64,000 bases of DNA from Candidatus Krumholzibacteriota bacterium (lineage in GTDB: Bacteria; Krumholzibacteriota; Krumholzibacteriia; JAJRXK01), in the NCBI GenBank assembly GCA_963764625.1, contig CAVXTH010000006.1, positions 576,001 through 640,000 on the forward strand, written 5' to 3'. The notes beneath the pieces are model-generated. The model did not search any database. It saw only the letters and a list, made by a program, of their open reading frames with translations, and was not told the DNA's origin. The position numbers and the translations under genes were made by a program. The stretch's first letter is position 1. Every line of letters starts with the position of its first letter. Shown here piece after piece: positions 55,390 through 64,000 of this stretch.

Positions 55390-56386
55390 TTTGGTGATGG
55401 CCTTGCCGGCTCTACGGTGTCTCCAGGAGGAGGGACCGGTAGTGGGCGTGGGCGCGCCGGCCCTGCTGGAGCTACTCGAGGATCTCGGCGCGGTCGATGC
55501 GAGCGTGCGTTACGAGCGCCGCGGCGCCGACCGGGGCCCGCGGGGTCTGTGGCGCACCGCGCGGCGGTGCGCGCGCTTCCATCCGCGCAGGGCCTTGATC
55601 TTTCCGCCCTCCTTTCGCGCGGCTCTGTTGGCCTTTCTCAGCTCGTGCCCTCATCGACGCGGTCATCCGGTCGACGGACGGCGGTTCCTGTTGAGCGATC
55701 CCTATCCGCAGCCGAGCCCGCCGCGCAGCCGGCATCAAGCCGAAGTCTGGTGGGCCATGGCGAAGGGGGTGGAGCTGGACGAGACGCCTCCGCAAGCAGC
55801 GCCCCTCGTTCCAGGAAAGGGCTCGCGAAGAGCTCTTGGCGCCCTGCGCGCGCGGATGAAGCGGCTGGCCGCACCCGGGCGCTACGCGGTGCTTGCGCCC
55901 GCGGTCCGCTATGGGCCAGCTAAGCAATGGCCAGCCAATAACTTCGCTGTATTATCTCAGAAGCTAGTTGAAGAGATGAATCTGCAGGTGGTGGTGGTCG
56001 CCGGGGCCGGAAGCGAGGAAGCGGGGGTGGCGGAGGCGGTGGAGCACGCGGCCGCGGTGGTGAATCTGGCCGGACAGACCGATTTGTTGGCCCTGAGTGG
56101 ATTGCTCCATGAGGCCGCGCTCTTCGTGGGGAACGACAGTGGTCCGGCGCACCTGGCGGCCGCGCTGGGGACGCCCACGGTGACGATTTTTGGTTCGACG
56201 AACCCGATCTGGACCGCGCCGCGGGGAGAACGGGTGAGAATCGTGGGTCCCCATCCGGTGCCGTGCAGCCCGTGTTACTTGAAGAGCTGCCCCATCGGTC
56301 TGCCCTGCCTCGAGGAGTTGGGGGTGGAGCAGGTGTTTCAGGAAGTTCTCGAACTCGTGCGCGGAGAGAGTGCAAGCGATGTCTGA
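55328..56386 (+). CDS. waaF: ADP-heptose:LPS heptosyltransferase II (GT9)
   Basis: PNWLGDLVMALP, PPSFRAA, YGPAKQWP, GNDSGPAHLAAALG, FGST, CSPC...CP..C. Confidence 0.85.
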   Translation: MSSRTAGDRPSLALLPNWLGDLVMALPALRCLQEEGPVVGVGAPALLELLEDLGAVDASVRYERRGADRGPRGLWRTARRCARFHPRRALIFPPSFRAALLAFLSSCPHRRGHPVDGRRFLLSDPYPQPSPPRSRHQAEVWWAMAKGVELDETPPQAAPLVPGKGSRRALGALRARMKRLAAPGRYAVLAPAVRYGPAKQWPANNFAVLSQKLVEEMNLQVVVVAGAGSEEAGVAEAVEHAAAVVNLAGQTDLLALSGLLHEAALFVGNDSGPAHLAAALGTPTVTIFGSTNPIWTAPRGERVRIVGPHPVPCSPCYLKSCPIGLPCLEELGVEQVFQEVLELVRGESASDV

Positions 56387-56981
56387 GAACCAGCAAAGGA
56401 AATGGCGCGCCGTGGTCTGGCTCGACCGGGACGGAACGCTCGTCGACGACCCGGGCTATCTCGACGACCCGGTGCAGCTTCGTCTCCTTCCGAACACGGC
56501 GCGCGCGGTGGCGCGACTCAACGCGGCCGGGTTTTGCGTGGTGCTCATCACCAATCAGAGCGGCATTGCGCGTGGTTTGATGAGTCGCGAGACGGTCGAG
56601 GGCATTCACGCCGCGCTCCGCGAGATCTTGGCACGCGAATCGGCCCATCTGGACGGCATCTATTTCTGCCCGCACCTTCCGGCCGAGGAGACGAAGCGGG
56701 GGGAAGAGCCCTGCGCGTGCCGCAAGCCAAAAAAGGGTCTGGTGGTTCGTGCCACGCAGGAGCTCGGTCTTGGAGGCCTTCCCTCGGTCGTGGTGGGAGA
56801 CAAGGCGAGCGATCTCGAACTGGCGCGACGGATTGGCAGTCGCAGCGTACTCGTGCGGACGGGCGAGGGCCGAAGCACCGAGGGTTCTCTCGAGCGCTCT
56901 TCCGTCACCGCGGACCACGTGAGCGATGACCTCGCAGGGGCGGCCGAGTGGATCGTGAGCACCCTGGGGCGGGCTCGATGA
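56379..56981 (+). CDS. gmhB: D-glycero-D-manno-heptose 1,7-bisphosphate phosphatase
   Basis: LDRDGTL, ITNQSGIARG, CPH...CACRKP, VGDKASD. Confidence 0.92.
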   Translation: MSENQQRKWRAVVWLDRDGTLVDDPGYLDDPVQLRLLPNTARAVARLNAAGFCVVLITNQSGIARGLMSRETVEGIHAALREILARESAHLDGIYFCPHLPAEETKRGEEPCACRKPKKGLVVRATQELGLGGLPSVVVGDKASDLELARRIGSRSVLVRTGEGRSTEGSLERSSVTADHVSDDLAGAAEWIVSTLGRAR

Positions 56982-58039
56982 GTTCGGAACAGACGAAACC
57001 GGTGCGGAGGATCGTGGTGACACGGCTGCGTTACTTGGGCGATGTCGTGTTGAGCACTCCTCTTCTCGCAGCGTTACGCGAAGCCCATCCCGAGGCCACG
57101 ATCGAATATCTGACTTTGGCGAACTACGCCGAGGTTCTCTTGCACCACCCCTGCGTGGATCGAATCCACGCCTTACCCAACAAAGCCGGTCCGCTCGCGA
57201 GCCTCAAGATGGCGGCGACGCTCGCGTGGCCGCGCGTCGATTGGTGGTTCGATCTCTTCGGAAATCCGCGAAGCGCTCTGCTGTGTGCCCTGGCGCGACC
57301 TCGGCATTCCGTGGGACCAGCCCGAGGGATTCGCTCGCGGGTTTTCCAGCACCGTCGCGGTGGGCCGGAACATCCGGTCTCCGCCATCGACCATCACCTC
57401 GACAAGGCAGAGCCCTTGCTCGGCCACGTGGAAGGGCGCCGCGTGCGCTTGGAACTGAGCCCCGAAGAACTCGACGCGATTCAAACCAGGTTTCCGGCGC
57501 TGGGCGAGAAGTCGCCCATTCTGCTGCATCCGGGAGCTACCTGGCCCAGCAAGGCCTGGCCCGCGGCCAAATGGTCGGCTCTCGTCGAAGCGCTGGAACG
57601 TGCCCACCTGGGGCCGGTTTGGATCCTGTGCGCGAGTGGGGAGGAGGAACTCAGCCACGCCATCGCGGCGCGCGCGAATGCGCAGTGCCGCGTCCTCGCA
57701 CCGCTGAGTCTGAGACCGCTTATGGCGCTCATCGCGAGGGCACGAGCGTACGTGGGAAACGATGGTGGCGTGTTGCACTGCGCGGTGGGGCTCTCCACGC
57801 CCACCGTCGGTCTCTTCGGCCCCACCGAGCGCGAGATCTGGTTCCCCCACGAGCGCTTCGGTGGTTGTCGTCTGATCCAGGAGGAAGTCCCCTGCCGGCC
57901 CTGTCATCGGCATGAATGCGATCATCTTTCGTGCCTGCGCGCGCTTCCGGTGTTTCGCGTGGTGGAGAGTCTGCGCGAGCTTCTGCAAGAAGTCGAAGGA
58001 CCGTCCTTCAGGCGGGGAGGACTGGTGGCCCATGGCTGA
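56978..58039 (+). CDS. Glycosyltransferase family 9 (LPS heptosyltransferase-like)
   Basis: RLRYLGDVVLSTP, HPGATWPSKAWP, GNDGGVLH, LFGPT, CRPC...C...C. Confidence 0.88.
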   Translation: MSSEQTKPVRRIVVTRLRYLGDVVLSTPLLAALREAHPEATIEYLTLANYAEVLLHHPCVDRIHALPNKAGPLASLKMAATLAWPRVDWWFDLFGNPRSALLCALARPRHSVGPARGIRSRVFQHRRGGPEHPVSAIDHHLDKAEPLLGHVEGRRVRLELSPEELDAIQTRFPALGEKSPILLHPGATWPSKAWPAAKWSALVEALERAHLGPVWILCASGEEELSHAIAARANAQCRVLAPLSLRPLMALIARARAYVGNDGGVLHCAVGLSTPTVGLFGPTEREIWFPHERFGGCRLIQEEVPCRPCHRHECDHLSCLRALPVFRVVESLRELLQEVEGPSFRRGGLVAHG

Positions 58040-59060
58040 TCCGCGTCACGTACTGATTCTGCGCCGGCGGGCCGTGGGGGATATCATCGTCTCACTTTCC
58101 CTGGTGCGCGCTCTTCGCCGCCTTTGGCCTCAGGCGCGCCTCTCTATGGTGGTGGACCGCATCGCGTCCGAGTTGATCGAGCATTCCGGCGCCGTGGACG
58201 AAGTCCTCGTCTATGCACCGCCCTTGGGAACAGCCGCGCGTCTCGCGCACGACCTGAAGTGGATCGCCAAACTCCGGGCCCAGGACTACGATGTCACGCT
58301 CGATCTTCTGGGAACCCCGCAGACGGCTCAGTGGACGCGGCTCATTGCCTCCCGCGTGCGGGTGGGACGAAGAAGACGGTGGAGGAGTTGGGCCTACAAC
58401 TACCTGCTCGAGCCATGCCACAGCGGGGTCCGCTTCGCGGGTGACGAGGTCCTGGATTTCGCGCGGGCTCTGGGGGCTCGGGTGAAGGACTGGGAACCGG
58501 CCGCGGTCCTGCCCCCGGACGATGCCGGGCCGTCGGGAGCTCTCCCGGTCGGAAAGGGCCCTTGGGTGGTGTTGCACGCCCCCGCGAACTGGGAGGCGAA
58601 GGCCTGGCCTACGCGGCATTGGGTCGAGCTGGTGCGAGGGCTCTCCGCCGCCGGGATCGAGCGCATGGAGCTGTCGTGGGGCCCGGGGGAAGAAAAGTGG
58701 CGCGATGAGATCATGCGGGAAACCGAAGGGTTGGTTCAGGCCATGCCACCCACTACTCTGCTGGAACTCGCGCGCCGGCTCTCGCGATGCGATCTACTCG
58801 TCTCGATCGATAGCGGTCCGGTTCACCTGGCGGTAGCGGAAGGAACTCCAACTCTGACCCTCTTCGGCAGCACCGACGAACGAGGATGGCACCATTCCTC
58901 ATCCATCCATCGTGCGCTCGTGCACGAGGTGGAATGCCGGCCGTGCGATCTGACGACCTGCCCGGTGCAGGGACATCCCTGCCTCGATTCTCTGCCGCCG
59001 GCGCAAGTGTGCACGGCGGCACTCAAACTCCTGGCGGAACGGGCGGAGGTTCGGGGATGA
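58032..59060 (+). CDS. Glycosyltransferase family 9 (LPS heptosyltransferase-like)
   Basis: RRRAVGDII, KAWP, WGPGE, IDSGPVHLA, LFGST, CRPC...CP...HPC. Confidence 0.88.
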   Translation: MADPRHVLILRRRAVGDIIVSLSLVRALRRLWPQARLSMVVDRIASELIEHSGAVDEVLVYAPPLGTAARLAHDLKWIAKLRAQDYDVTLDLLGTPQTAQWTRLIASRVRVGRRRRWRSWAYNYLLEPCHSGVRFAGDEVLDFARALGARVKDWEPAAVLPPDDAGPSGALPVGKGPWVVLHAPANWEAKAWPTRHWVELVRGLSAAGIERMELSWGPGEEKWRDEIMRETEGLVQAMPPTTLLELARRLSRCDLLVSIDSGPVHLAVAEGTPTLTLFGSTDERGWHHSSSIHRALVHEVECRPCDLTTCPVQGHPCLDSLPPAQVCTAALKLLAERAEVRG

Positions 59061-59888
59061 GCTCGATCGGGGCGATCGTGATCACGCGAAACGAGGCACG
59101 CAATATCGAGGCGTGCATGCAAGGGCTTGCCTTTTGTGCGCAACGGGTGATCGTGGATTCGTTCAGTGATGACGAAACGGTGGAGCTCGCCCGCCCCCTC
59201 GCTGACAAGATTTATCGACGCACATTCACCAGCTGGGGAGAGCAGAAGAACTGGGCGCTCGAGCAACTCGACACCGAGTGGGCGCTCATCGTCGACGCTG
59301 ACGAGCGCGTGGGAGAAGCGCTGTCCCGGGAGATCCAGGGGGCCGTAACTTCCGGCGCGAAGGATGCATATTGGATAAGGCGGAAGAATTACTTCTTCGG
59401 CCGTTGCATCCGCGGAGCGGGCTGGAATCGGGATAGAGTACTGCGGCTCATGCGCTTGCAGGCGGGGCGCTACGACGAACGACGGGTGCACGAGGAAATC
59501 CGGCTGCACCCGGGGCGGCGTGCGGGGGAACTCGAACACCGGCTGGATCATTTCTCCTATGAGGACTGGTCTTCCACTTTCGCCCGGATGTCGGCCTACA
59601 GTAGCCGCGGAGCGGCGGACGCACTGGCGGCGGGACAGCGCGCCACGATCTGGCGCCTGATCTCTCGCGCCCAGTGTGCGGTTCTGGAGGCAGTATCTCC
59701 TGCAGGGAGGCTTTCGGGACGGAGTGCACGGTCTGGTTCTCTGCGGGCTTGGCGCCTCTCAGCTTTTCTTGAAGCTGGCCAAGATGCGTTTGGGCGAGCT
59801 TCCCATGACCGCCGAGGACAATGGCGCGGGAGAAGTGGAAATCGTGCAAGGTCCCGCCCCGCGAGAGAGCGAGAAGGAGAACGAGTGA
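59057..59888 (+). CDS. Glycosyltransferase family 2 (WaaE/KdtX-like), probable +1 frameshift near 59670
   Basis: ITRNEARNI, VDSFSDDET, VDADE, VHE, HFSY; the family C-terminus RFWRQYLLQGGFRDGVHGL continues in the +1 frame to TGA 59886-59888. Confidence 0.85.
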
Positions 59889-60667
59889 GGCTCAGGTTCA
59901 TGGCACGACGCACCTTCGTGGTGGCTCCCCTTCTCCTTGTGGCACTGAGCTTCGGTGCCCCCGGAAGATCGTACGCCTCGCCCGGTTTCGGAGCGGGAGA
60001 GGAAGCTGAGTTCAAGATCAGTTACGGAGTCATCAGCGCGGGAGAGGGGACTCTCTCCGTCCTGCCGTTTCTGGACTACGACGGATCGCACTGTTATCAC
60101 TTTCGGTCGCGCGCCCGCAGCAATCGCTTCTTCAGCGCCATCTTTCGCGTCCGGGACCAGGCCGACTCGTTCATGGATGCCGACTCTCTCGTCACGCGCT
60201 ACTTCAACAAGCATCTACGCGAGGGCAGTTTTCGGCGCGACGTGGAGATTCATTTCGATCAGAAGGCGAGGAAGGCGTATTTCCCGGACGGAACGGTCGA
60301 CGAGATCCGCCCGAATACCCAGGACGTTCTCTCGGCCTTCTTCAAAGTGCGCGCGATGAAGCTCGAAGTTGGAATGGAGTTCGACGTGCCCACTCACGGC
60401 GACAAGGAGATGTATCCGCTGAAAGTGAAAGTGCTTCGCCGCGAATCAGTGGAGAACGAAGCTCTGGGGGCTGTGGATTGCATCGTGGTGCAACCGTTCC
60501 TGGATGACGACGGCCTCTTCAAACACGAGGGTGATCTCTTGTTGTGGATGAGCGATGATGAGAGGCACATTCCAGTGAAGATGCGGGCCAACGTTCCGGT
60601 GGGAGCGATCGAAGCGGACCTGATTCGGTACACGCCTCCGGACGCCCCGCCGTCGAGTGGGAACTAA
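59885..60667 (+). CDS. DUF3108-like exported protein
   Basis: Signal peptide; GEEAEFKISYG..SAG, FRVRD, QDVLSAFF, LWMSDDERHIPVK; GTGA overlap with the GT2 stop, AAGGAG RBS. Confidence 0.78.
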   Translation: MRLRFMARRTFVVAPLLLVALSFGAPGRSYASPGFGAGEEAEFKISYGVISAGEGTLSVLPFLDYDGSHCYHFRSRARSNRFFSAIFRVRDQADSFMDADSLVTRYFNKHLREGSFRRDVEIHFDQKARKAYFPDGTVDEIRPNTQDVLSAFFKVRAMKLEVGMEFDVPTHGDKEMYPLKVKVLRRESVENEALGAVDCIVVQPFLDDDGLFKHEGDLLLWMSDDERHIPVKMRANVPVGAIEADLIRYTPPDAPPSSGN

Positions 60668-61952
60668 CGTGCGCGAGCGATCCTGTGAGGTCCTCATTTT
60701 CGGTGGTGGGTGCGCGGGCCTCTGGATTCTGGAGAGGCTCGTGCAAGCGGGGTACGATGCCCTTTTGCTCGAGTCAACCGCTCTGGGCGCGGGGCAGAGT
60801 ATCCAGGCGCAGGGCATCATTCACGGCGGGGGCAAGTACGCCCTACGCGGGGTGCATGACTTCGAAGCGGTCAAGGCGATCCGCGAGATGCCGGAATGCT
60901 GGCGACGTCATTTGCGCGGCGAGGAAGAACCCGATCTCTCGGCCGCCCGCGTTCTCTCCGAATCCTGTCTCCTCTGGGTCCCCAGGGCCGGCTGGTGGTC
61001 GCGTTTGAGCGCCTACGCGTTCCTCCCGGTGGTCAAGAAGGCGGGCCTTCTCCATGCCGGCCCCATGAAGCTGGAGAGTAAAGAATGGCCACAGGCACTC
61101 CGCGGGTCGGCTCGGGTGGTCTATTCGATGGCGGAACCGGTGCTTGCCACCGGTTCGCTCCTGGCCGCCCTGGCGGCCCGCCATCCCCAGCGATTGCTCC
61201 GCTATGCGCCGGGGGCGGAGCTCAGACACTTGAGAATTGATCTGAAGGCAAATTGCCAACACATTATCACAATTGAAGATCCAGAGATAGAGGAACCCCT
61301 GCGGCTGCGGACGCGCGCCGTCGTCTACGCGGCGGGTGCTGGCAATGAGGCCCTCGTGAGACGATCGGCGGCGGGGGACGTACCCATGCAGAGACGCCCG
61401 CTGCGTATGATGATGCTGCGCGGGCCGCTTCCCACGCTGTACGGACACATGATTTCAGGGGGCAAGACGGCGATGACCGTGACCACCCATCCACTGGCGA
61501 AGGTGGACCGGCCAGGTGAGAGCGCAGAGCAGGTCTGGCAGGTGGGGGGGGAACTGGCGGAGCGGTTCGCCGAGCGGGGCGAGAGCGAGGAGCTGAGGGT
61601 CGAGTTCCGGCGTCACCTGTCCCGGTTCTTGCCAGGGTTGGACTTCTCGCGGGTGTCCATGGCGAGCTATTCCGCAGTCCGAGCGGAATCGAGGTCCCGC
61701 GATTTGCGGCGACCCAGCGGGGTTCAGGTGAAGAGGCTGGGGCCGCGCGCGCTGGTGACCTGGCCTACCAAGATGGCTCTGGCTCCGGTCCTCGCGCGCG
61801 AAGTCACCGCTGAAGTGAACCGGGACCTCGGCCCGCCGGCGCGGGAAGAACACGCAGCGCCGCAGCGGGGCCCGGAGGTCCCGTGGCCTCGACCCGAACT
61901 GGCCAAGTATCCCTGGGAAGAGGGAGAGCTGACGTGGCGCCCCGTGCTCTAG
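60657..61952 (+). CDS. FAD-dependent oxidoreductase (DAO/GlpD-like fold)
   Basis: IFGGGCAGLW Rossmann motif, QSIQAQGIIHGGGKYAL, AAGAGNE, MQRRPL, RAE, WPTKMALAP. Confidence 0.85.
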   Translation: MGTNVRERSCEVLIFGGGCAGLWILERLVQAGYDALLLESTALGAGQSIQAQGIIHGGGKYALRGVHDFEAVKAIREMPECWRRHLRGEEEPDLSAARVLSESCLLWVPRAGWWSRLSAYAFLPVVKKAGLLHAGPMKLESKEWPQALRGSARVVYSMAEPVLATGSLLAALAARHPQRLLRYAPGAELRHLRIDLKANCQHIITIEDPEIEEPLRLRTRAVVYAAGAGNEALVRRSAAGDVPMQRRPLRMMMLRGPLPTLYGHMISGGKTAMTVTTHPLAKVDRPGESAEQVWQVGGELAERFAERGESEELRVEFRRHLSRFLPGLDFSRVSMASYSAVRAESRSRDLRRPSGVQVKRLGPRALVTWPTKMALAPVLAREVTAEVNRDLGPPAREEHAAPQRGPEVPWPRPELAKYPWEEGELTWRPVL

Positions 61953-62725
61953 GAAGCACCGGAATGAGTGTCGGCAGAGTGGGCCTGGGCACGGTCAAAC
62001 TCGGTCGCAACTCCGGGGTGAAGTACCCCGAGGCCTTCGAGCTTCCGAGCGAGACTGAGGTGCGAGAATTCCTCGAGACATCGTGGGGGCTGGGGGTCCG
62101 TCTCTACGACACCGCCCCCGCCTACGGAAGCAGCGAAGAGCGCCTGGCGCCCTTCGTGGCGCGACACCGGAAGGAGATGATTCTCTGCACGAAGTGCGGA
62201 GAGGAGTTCGGGGCAGGCGGCTCGCGCTACGACTACTCAGGTCATTTCTTGCGCGCTTCGGTGGAAGCGAGTCTTCGCCGGCTGGGCACCGAGTATCTCG
62301 ATATTCTCCTCATTCACTCCAACGGGGATGATCGGCACATCCTGAACGAAACGGACGCAGTCGAGACGCTGTCGCAGTTGAAACGAGAGGGGAAGACCCG
62401 CGCCATCGGGATCTCGGCGAAGACTCCCGAGGGGATTCGCGGAGCCGCGGGTTCTCTAGATGTAGTCATGGCGCCCTATAGTCTCGCAAGGCCGCACTTG
62501 GCCGAGCCGCTGGAAGAAGTCCATGCCCAGGGCGTGGGCGTTCTTTCGATCAAGGGACTGCAGAGCGGTCATCTCGCCGTCGAGAGTGCGGATTTGGCGG
62601 AAGAAGCTCTGCGACACGTCTTTTCGCGGAGCTTTCTCGATGTGCTGATCCTCGGTACAATCAAGAGTGATCACCTGGCGCAGGCGGTGACGCTGGCCCG
62701 CGCTCTCGACGATTCCGGTCGGTGA
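61934..62725 (+). CDS. Aldo/keto reductase
   Basis: LGSTG, GLGTVKLGR, DTAPAYGSSEERL, TKCG, SLRRLGTEYLDILLIH, GKTRAIGIS; start may be ATG 61964. Confidence 0.9.
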   Translation: MAPRALGSTGMSVGRVGLGTVKLGRNSGVKYPEAFELPSETEVREFLETSWGLGVRLYDTAPAYGSSEERLAPFVARHRKEMILCTKCGEEFGAGGSRYDYSGHFLRASVEASLRRLGTEYLDILLIHSNGDDRHILNETDAVETLSQLKREGKTRAIGISAKTPEGIRGAAGSLDVVMAPYSLARPHLAEPLEEVHAQGVGVLSIKGLQSGHLAVESADLAEEALRHVFSRSFLDVLILGTIKSDHLAQAVTLARALDDSGR

Positions 62726-62726
62726 G

Positions 62727-64000
62727 ATGAACCACGAGATGAACCTCTTTCCCAATGCCCCAGCTCGCCCGAGCCTGAGCGAGGAGCGCCTTGCCATGGC
62801 CCTCTTCCTCATCTTTCTGTTGGGCCTGCTGCTGAGGCTCTTTGGACTCTCGCATCAAAGCCTCTGGATCGACGAGATGATCACGCTGCGCCAGGGCCTG
62901 ATTCCGGGGCACGGACTCTGGGAACAGTTCCTGGATGACTATCACAATCCCCTTCCCATGCTGGTCATCACCCAGCTCGCCCACCTGAGCCACTCGGAAA
63001 CGGTGCTGCGTTTTCCCGGCGCGGTATTGGGAGCCTTGAGCGTGCCGCTGATCTTCTTGCTCGGACGGCGTCTCGCGGGCGCGCGAACCGGGCTCTTCGC
63101 CGCACTCCTCTTGGCGGTGAGTCCGTTCCATCTCTTCCACTCGCAGGAGCTTCGCGGGTATGCGTGGATGATCTTCTTCGGACTGGCCACCACCCTGGTT
63201 GCGGTGAACGTTCGGAGGCGTTTGAGCTGGCCGCGCGCGCTTCTTCTCGCGCTCCTGGGCATCGCCACCACTCTGTGCAATCTCGAGGGTCTGTTCTGGA
63301 TGGGCAGTCTGGCGTTGGCCTGTCTTGCCGCCGGCCTGGTGAAACGCCGCGATCTGAAGACCTGGGGGGTGGCCTTCGGACTCATCGTCTTGGTCACTGC
63401 ACCGTGGTGGACCGGAACCCTGCACACGCATCACGAGGAGAGACTTCTGCCGGGGGAACAGACGGGAGTTCCCATGCGCGGGAGCACCACTCTGGGGAAA
63501 TGGGCGATTCCCTACACCGGCTTCGTACTCGCGATGGGAAATACCTTGGGCCCGACACCGCTCGAGCTTCACGCCGAGAGCGAGAGCACGATCGAAGGAA
63601 AGCTCGGTCTCGCGCGGAGGCATTGGCCCGCGGTGGCGGGTGTGGCCGGACTCGTTCTCGTGCTCGGTCTCAGCGGGATTCTCGCTCTGCGTTCGCGCGC
63701 CGGCCTTCTTCTGTTGTGGGTGATCGTGCCGGTCACAATCGCAATTTGGCTGGCGGCGAGAAACGTGAAGCCTCTGAACCCTCGCTACTGCATCGCTGCG
63801 CTGCCGGCCCTCATGCTGCTGTTCGCGGCGGGTCTGGATGCCCTGCCGAGAAAGACCGCCCTCATGGTGCTCATTGCGTGGCTCGCATTCTGCGGGGTGG
63901 CAGACTACCGCTACCACTTCATGCCCGAATACCAGCGGGAAGACGTACGGGGAGCCGTGCGATTGGTGGAAGAACGTGAAGGGCCCGACGACTTCATCAT
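62727..64000 (+). CDS. GT-C fold membrane glycosyltransferase (family 39/ArnT-PMT-like), 3'-truncated by window
   Basis: Absent from the ORF track because no stop is reached; translates LLLRLFGLSHQSLWIDE, HNPL, LRFP, SPFHLFHSQELRGYA with many TM helices. Confidence 0.82.
   Translation, partial: MNHEMNLFPNAPARPSLSEERLAMALFLIFLLGLLLRLFGLSHQSLWIDEMITLRQGLIPGHGLWEQFLDDYHNPLPMLVITQLAHLSHSETVLRFPGAVLGALSVPLIFLLGRRLAGARTGLFAALLLAVSPFHLFHSQELRGYAWMIFFGLATTLVAVNVRRRLSWPRALLLALLGIATTLCNLEGLFWMGSLALACLAAGLVKRRDLKTWGVAFGLIVLVTAPWWTGTLHTHHEERLLPGEQTGVPMRGSTTLGKWAIPYTGFVLAMGNTLGPTPLELHAESESTIEGKLGLARRHWPAVAGVAGLVLVLGLSGILALRSRAGLLLLWVIVPVTIAIWLAARNVKPLNPRYCIAALPALMLLFAAGLDALPRKTALMVLIAWLAFCGVADYRYHFMPEYQREDVRGAVRLVEEREGPDDFI

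Noticed and set aside
58886-60667. 593-aa GT2-DUF3108 fusion
   Set aside because: Caused by one extra base near 59670; both genes have normal termini when corrected.
1-64000. CRISPR arrays, IS elements, integrases, prophage, defence systems, tRNA or rRNA
   Set aside because: No regularly spaced repeats, transposase, integrase or phage ORFs, or cloverleaf/rRNA signatures seen. Intergenic gaps are all under about 320 bp.

Overview
A GC-rich, gene-dense stretch of core chromosome from a diderm (LPS-containing) bacterium, almost entirely on the + strand. The LpxC-FabZ fusion, McsA-McsB-ClpC and bacillithiol genes suggest an FCB/Gemmatimonadota-adjacent lineage (inference only). Gene order: pilT/U (3' end), accC, thiE, ftsK, rimO, two unknown envelope proteins, bamD, nadD, a frameshift-interrupted polA, coaE, prfB (programmed +1 frameshift), lysS, lolC/E-lolD, mcsA-mcsB-clpC, bamA-skp, lpxD-lpxC/fabZ-lpxA-lpxB-DUF374-lpxK, one minus-strand lipoprotein, nadB-MEMO1-methyltransferase-bshC-bshB1-bshA, Minf_1886-like-mobA-moaC, tolQRAB-pal-cpoB, cupin, lexA plus a degenerate Y-family polymerase, an SGNH protein, DUF72, hsp20-lon, and an LPS core cluster (four GT9, msbA, gmhB, GT2, DUF3108, FAD oxidoreductase, aldo-keto reductase, GT-C). 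I found no IS, prophage, CRISPR, tRNA or rRNA. Best leads: (1) a translationally coupled operon that may make N-methyl-bacillithiol and carries a solo MEMO1 protein; (2) a sigma54 promoter with candidate enhancer sites driving an orphan lipoprotein; (3) a redox-enzyme pair in the LPS cluster resembling the uncharacterised pair of the Pseudomonas waa locus; (4) a LexA-linked, apparently catalytically dead DinB-like protein; (5) a dispersed 22-bp palindromic repeat; (6) structured leaders before tol-pal and lpxD; (7) sharp AT-rich synonymous-codon islands inside housekeeping genes. Several single-base frameshifts at short homopolymers are probably sequencing errors and create false fusions in the ORF track. 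All family calls come from motif recognition; no database searches were run.
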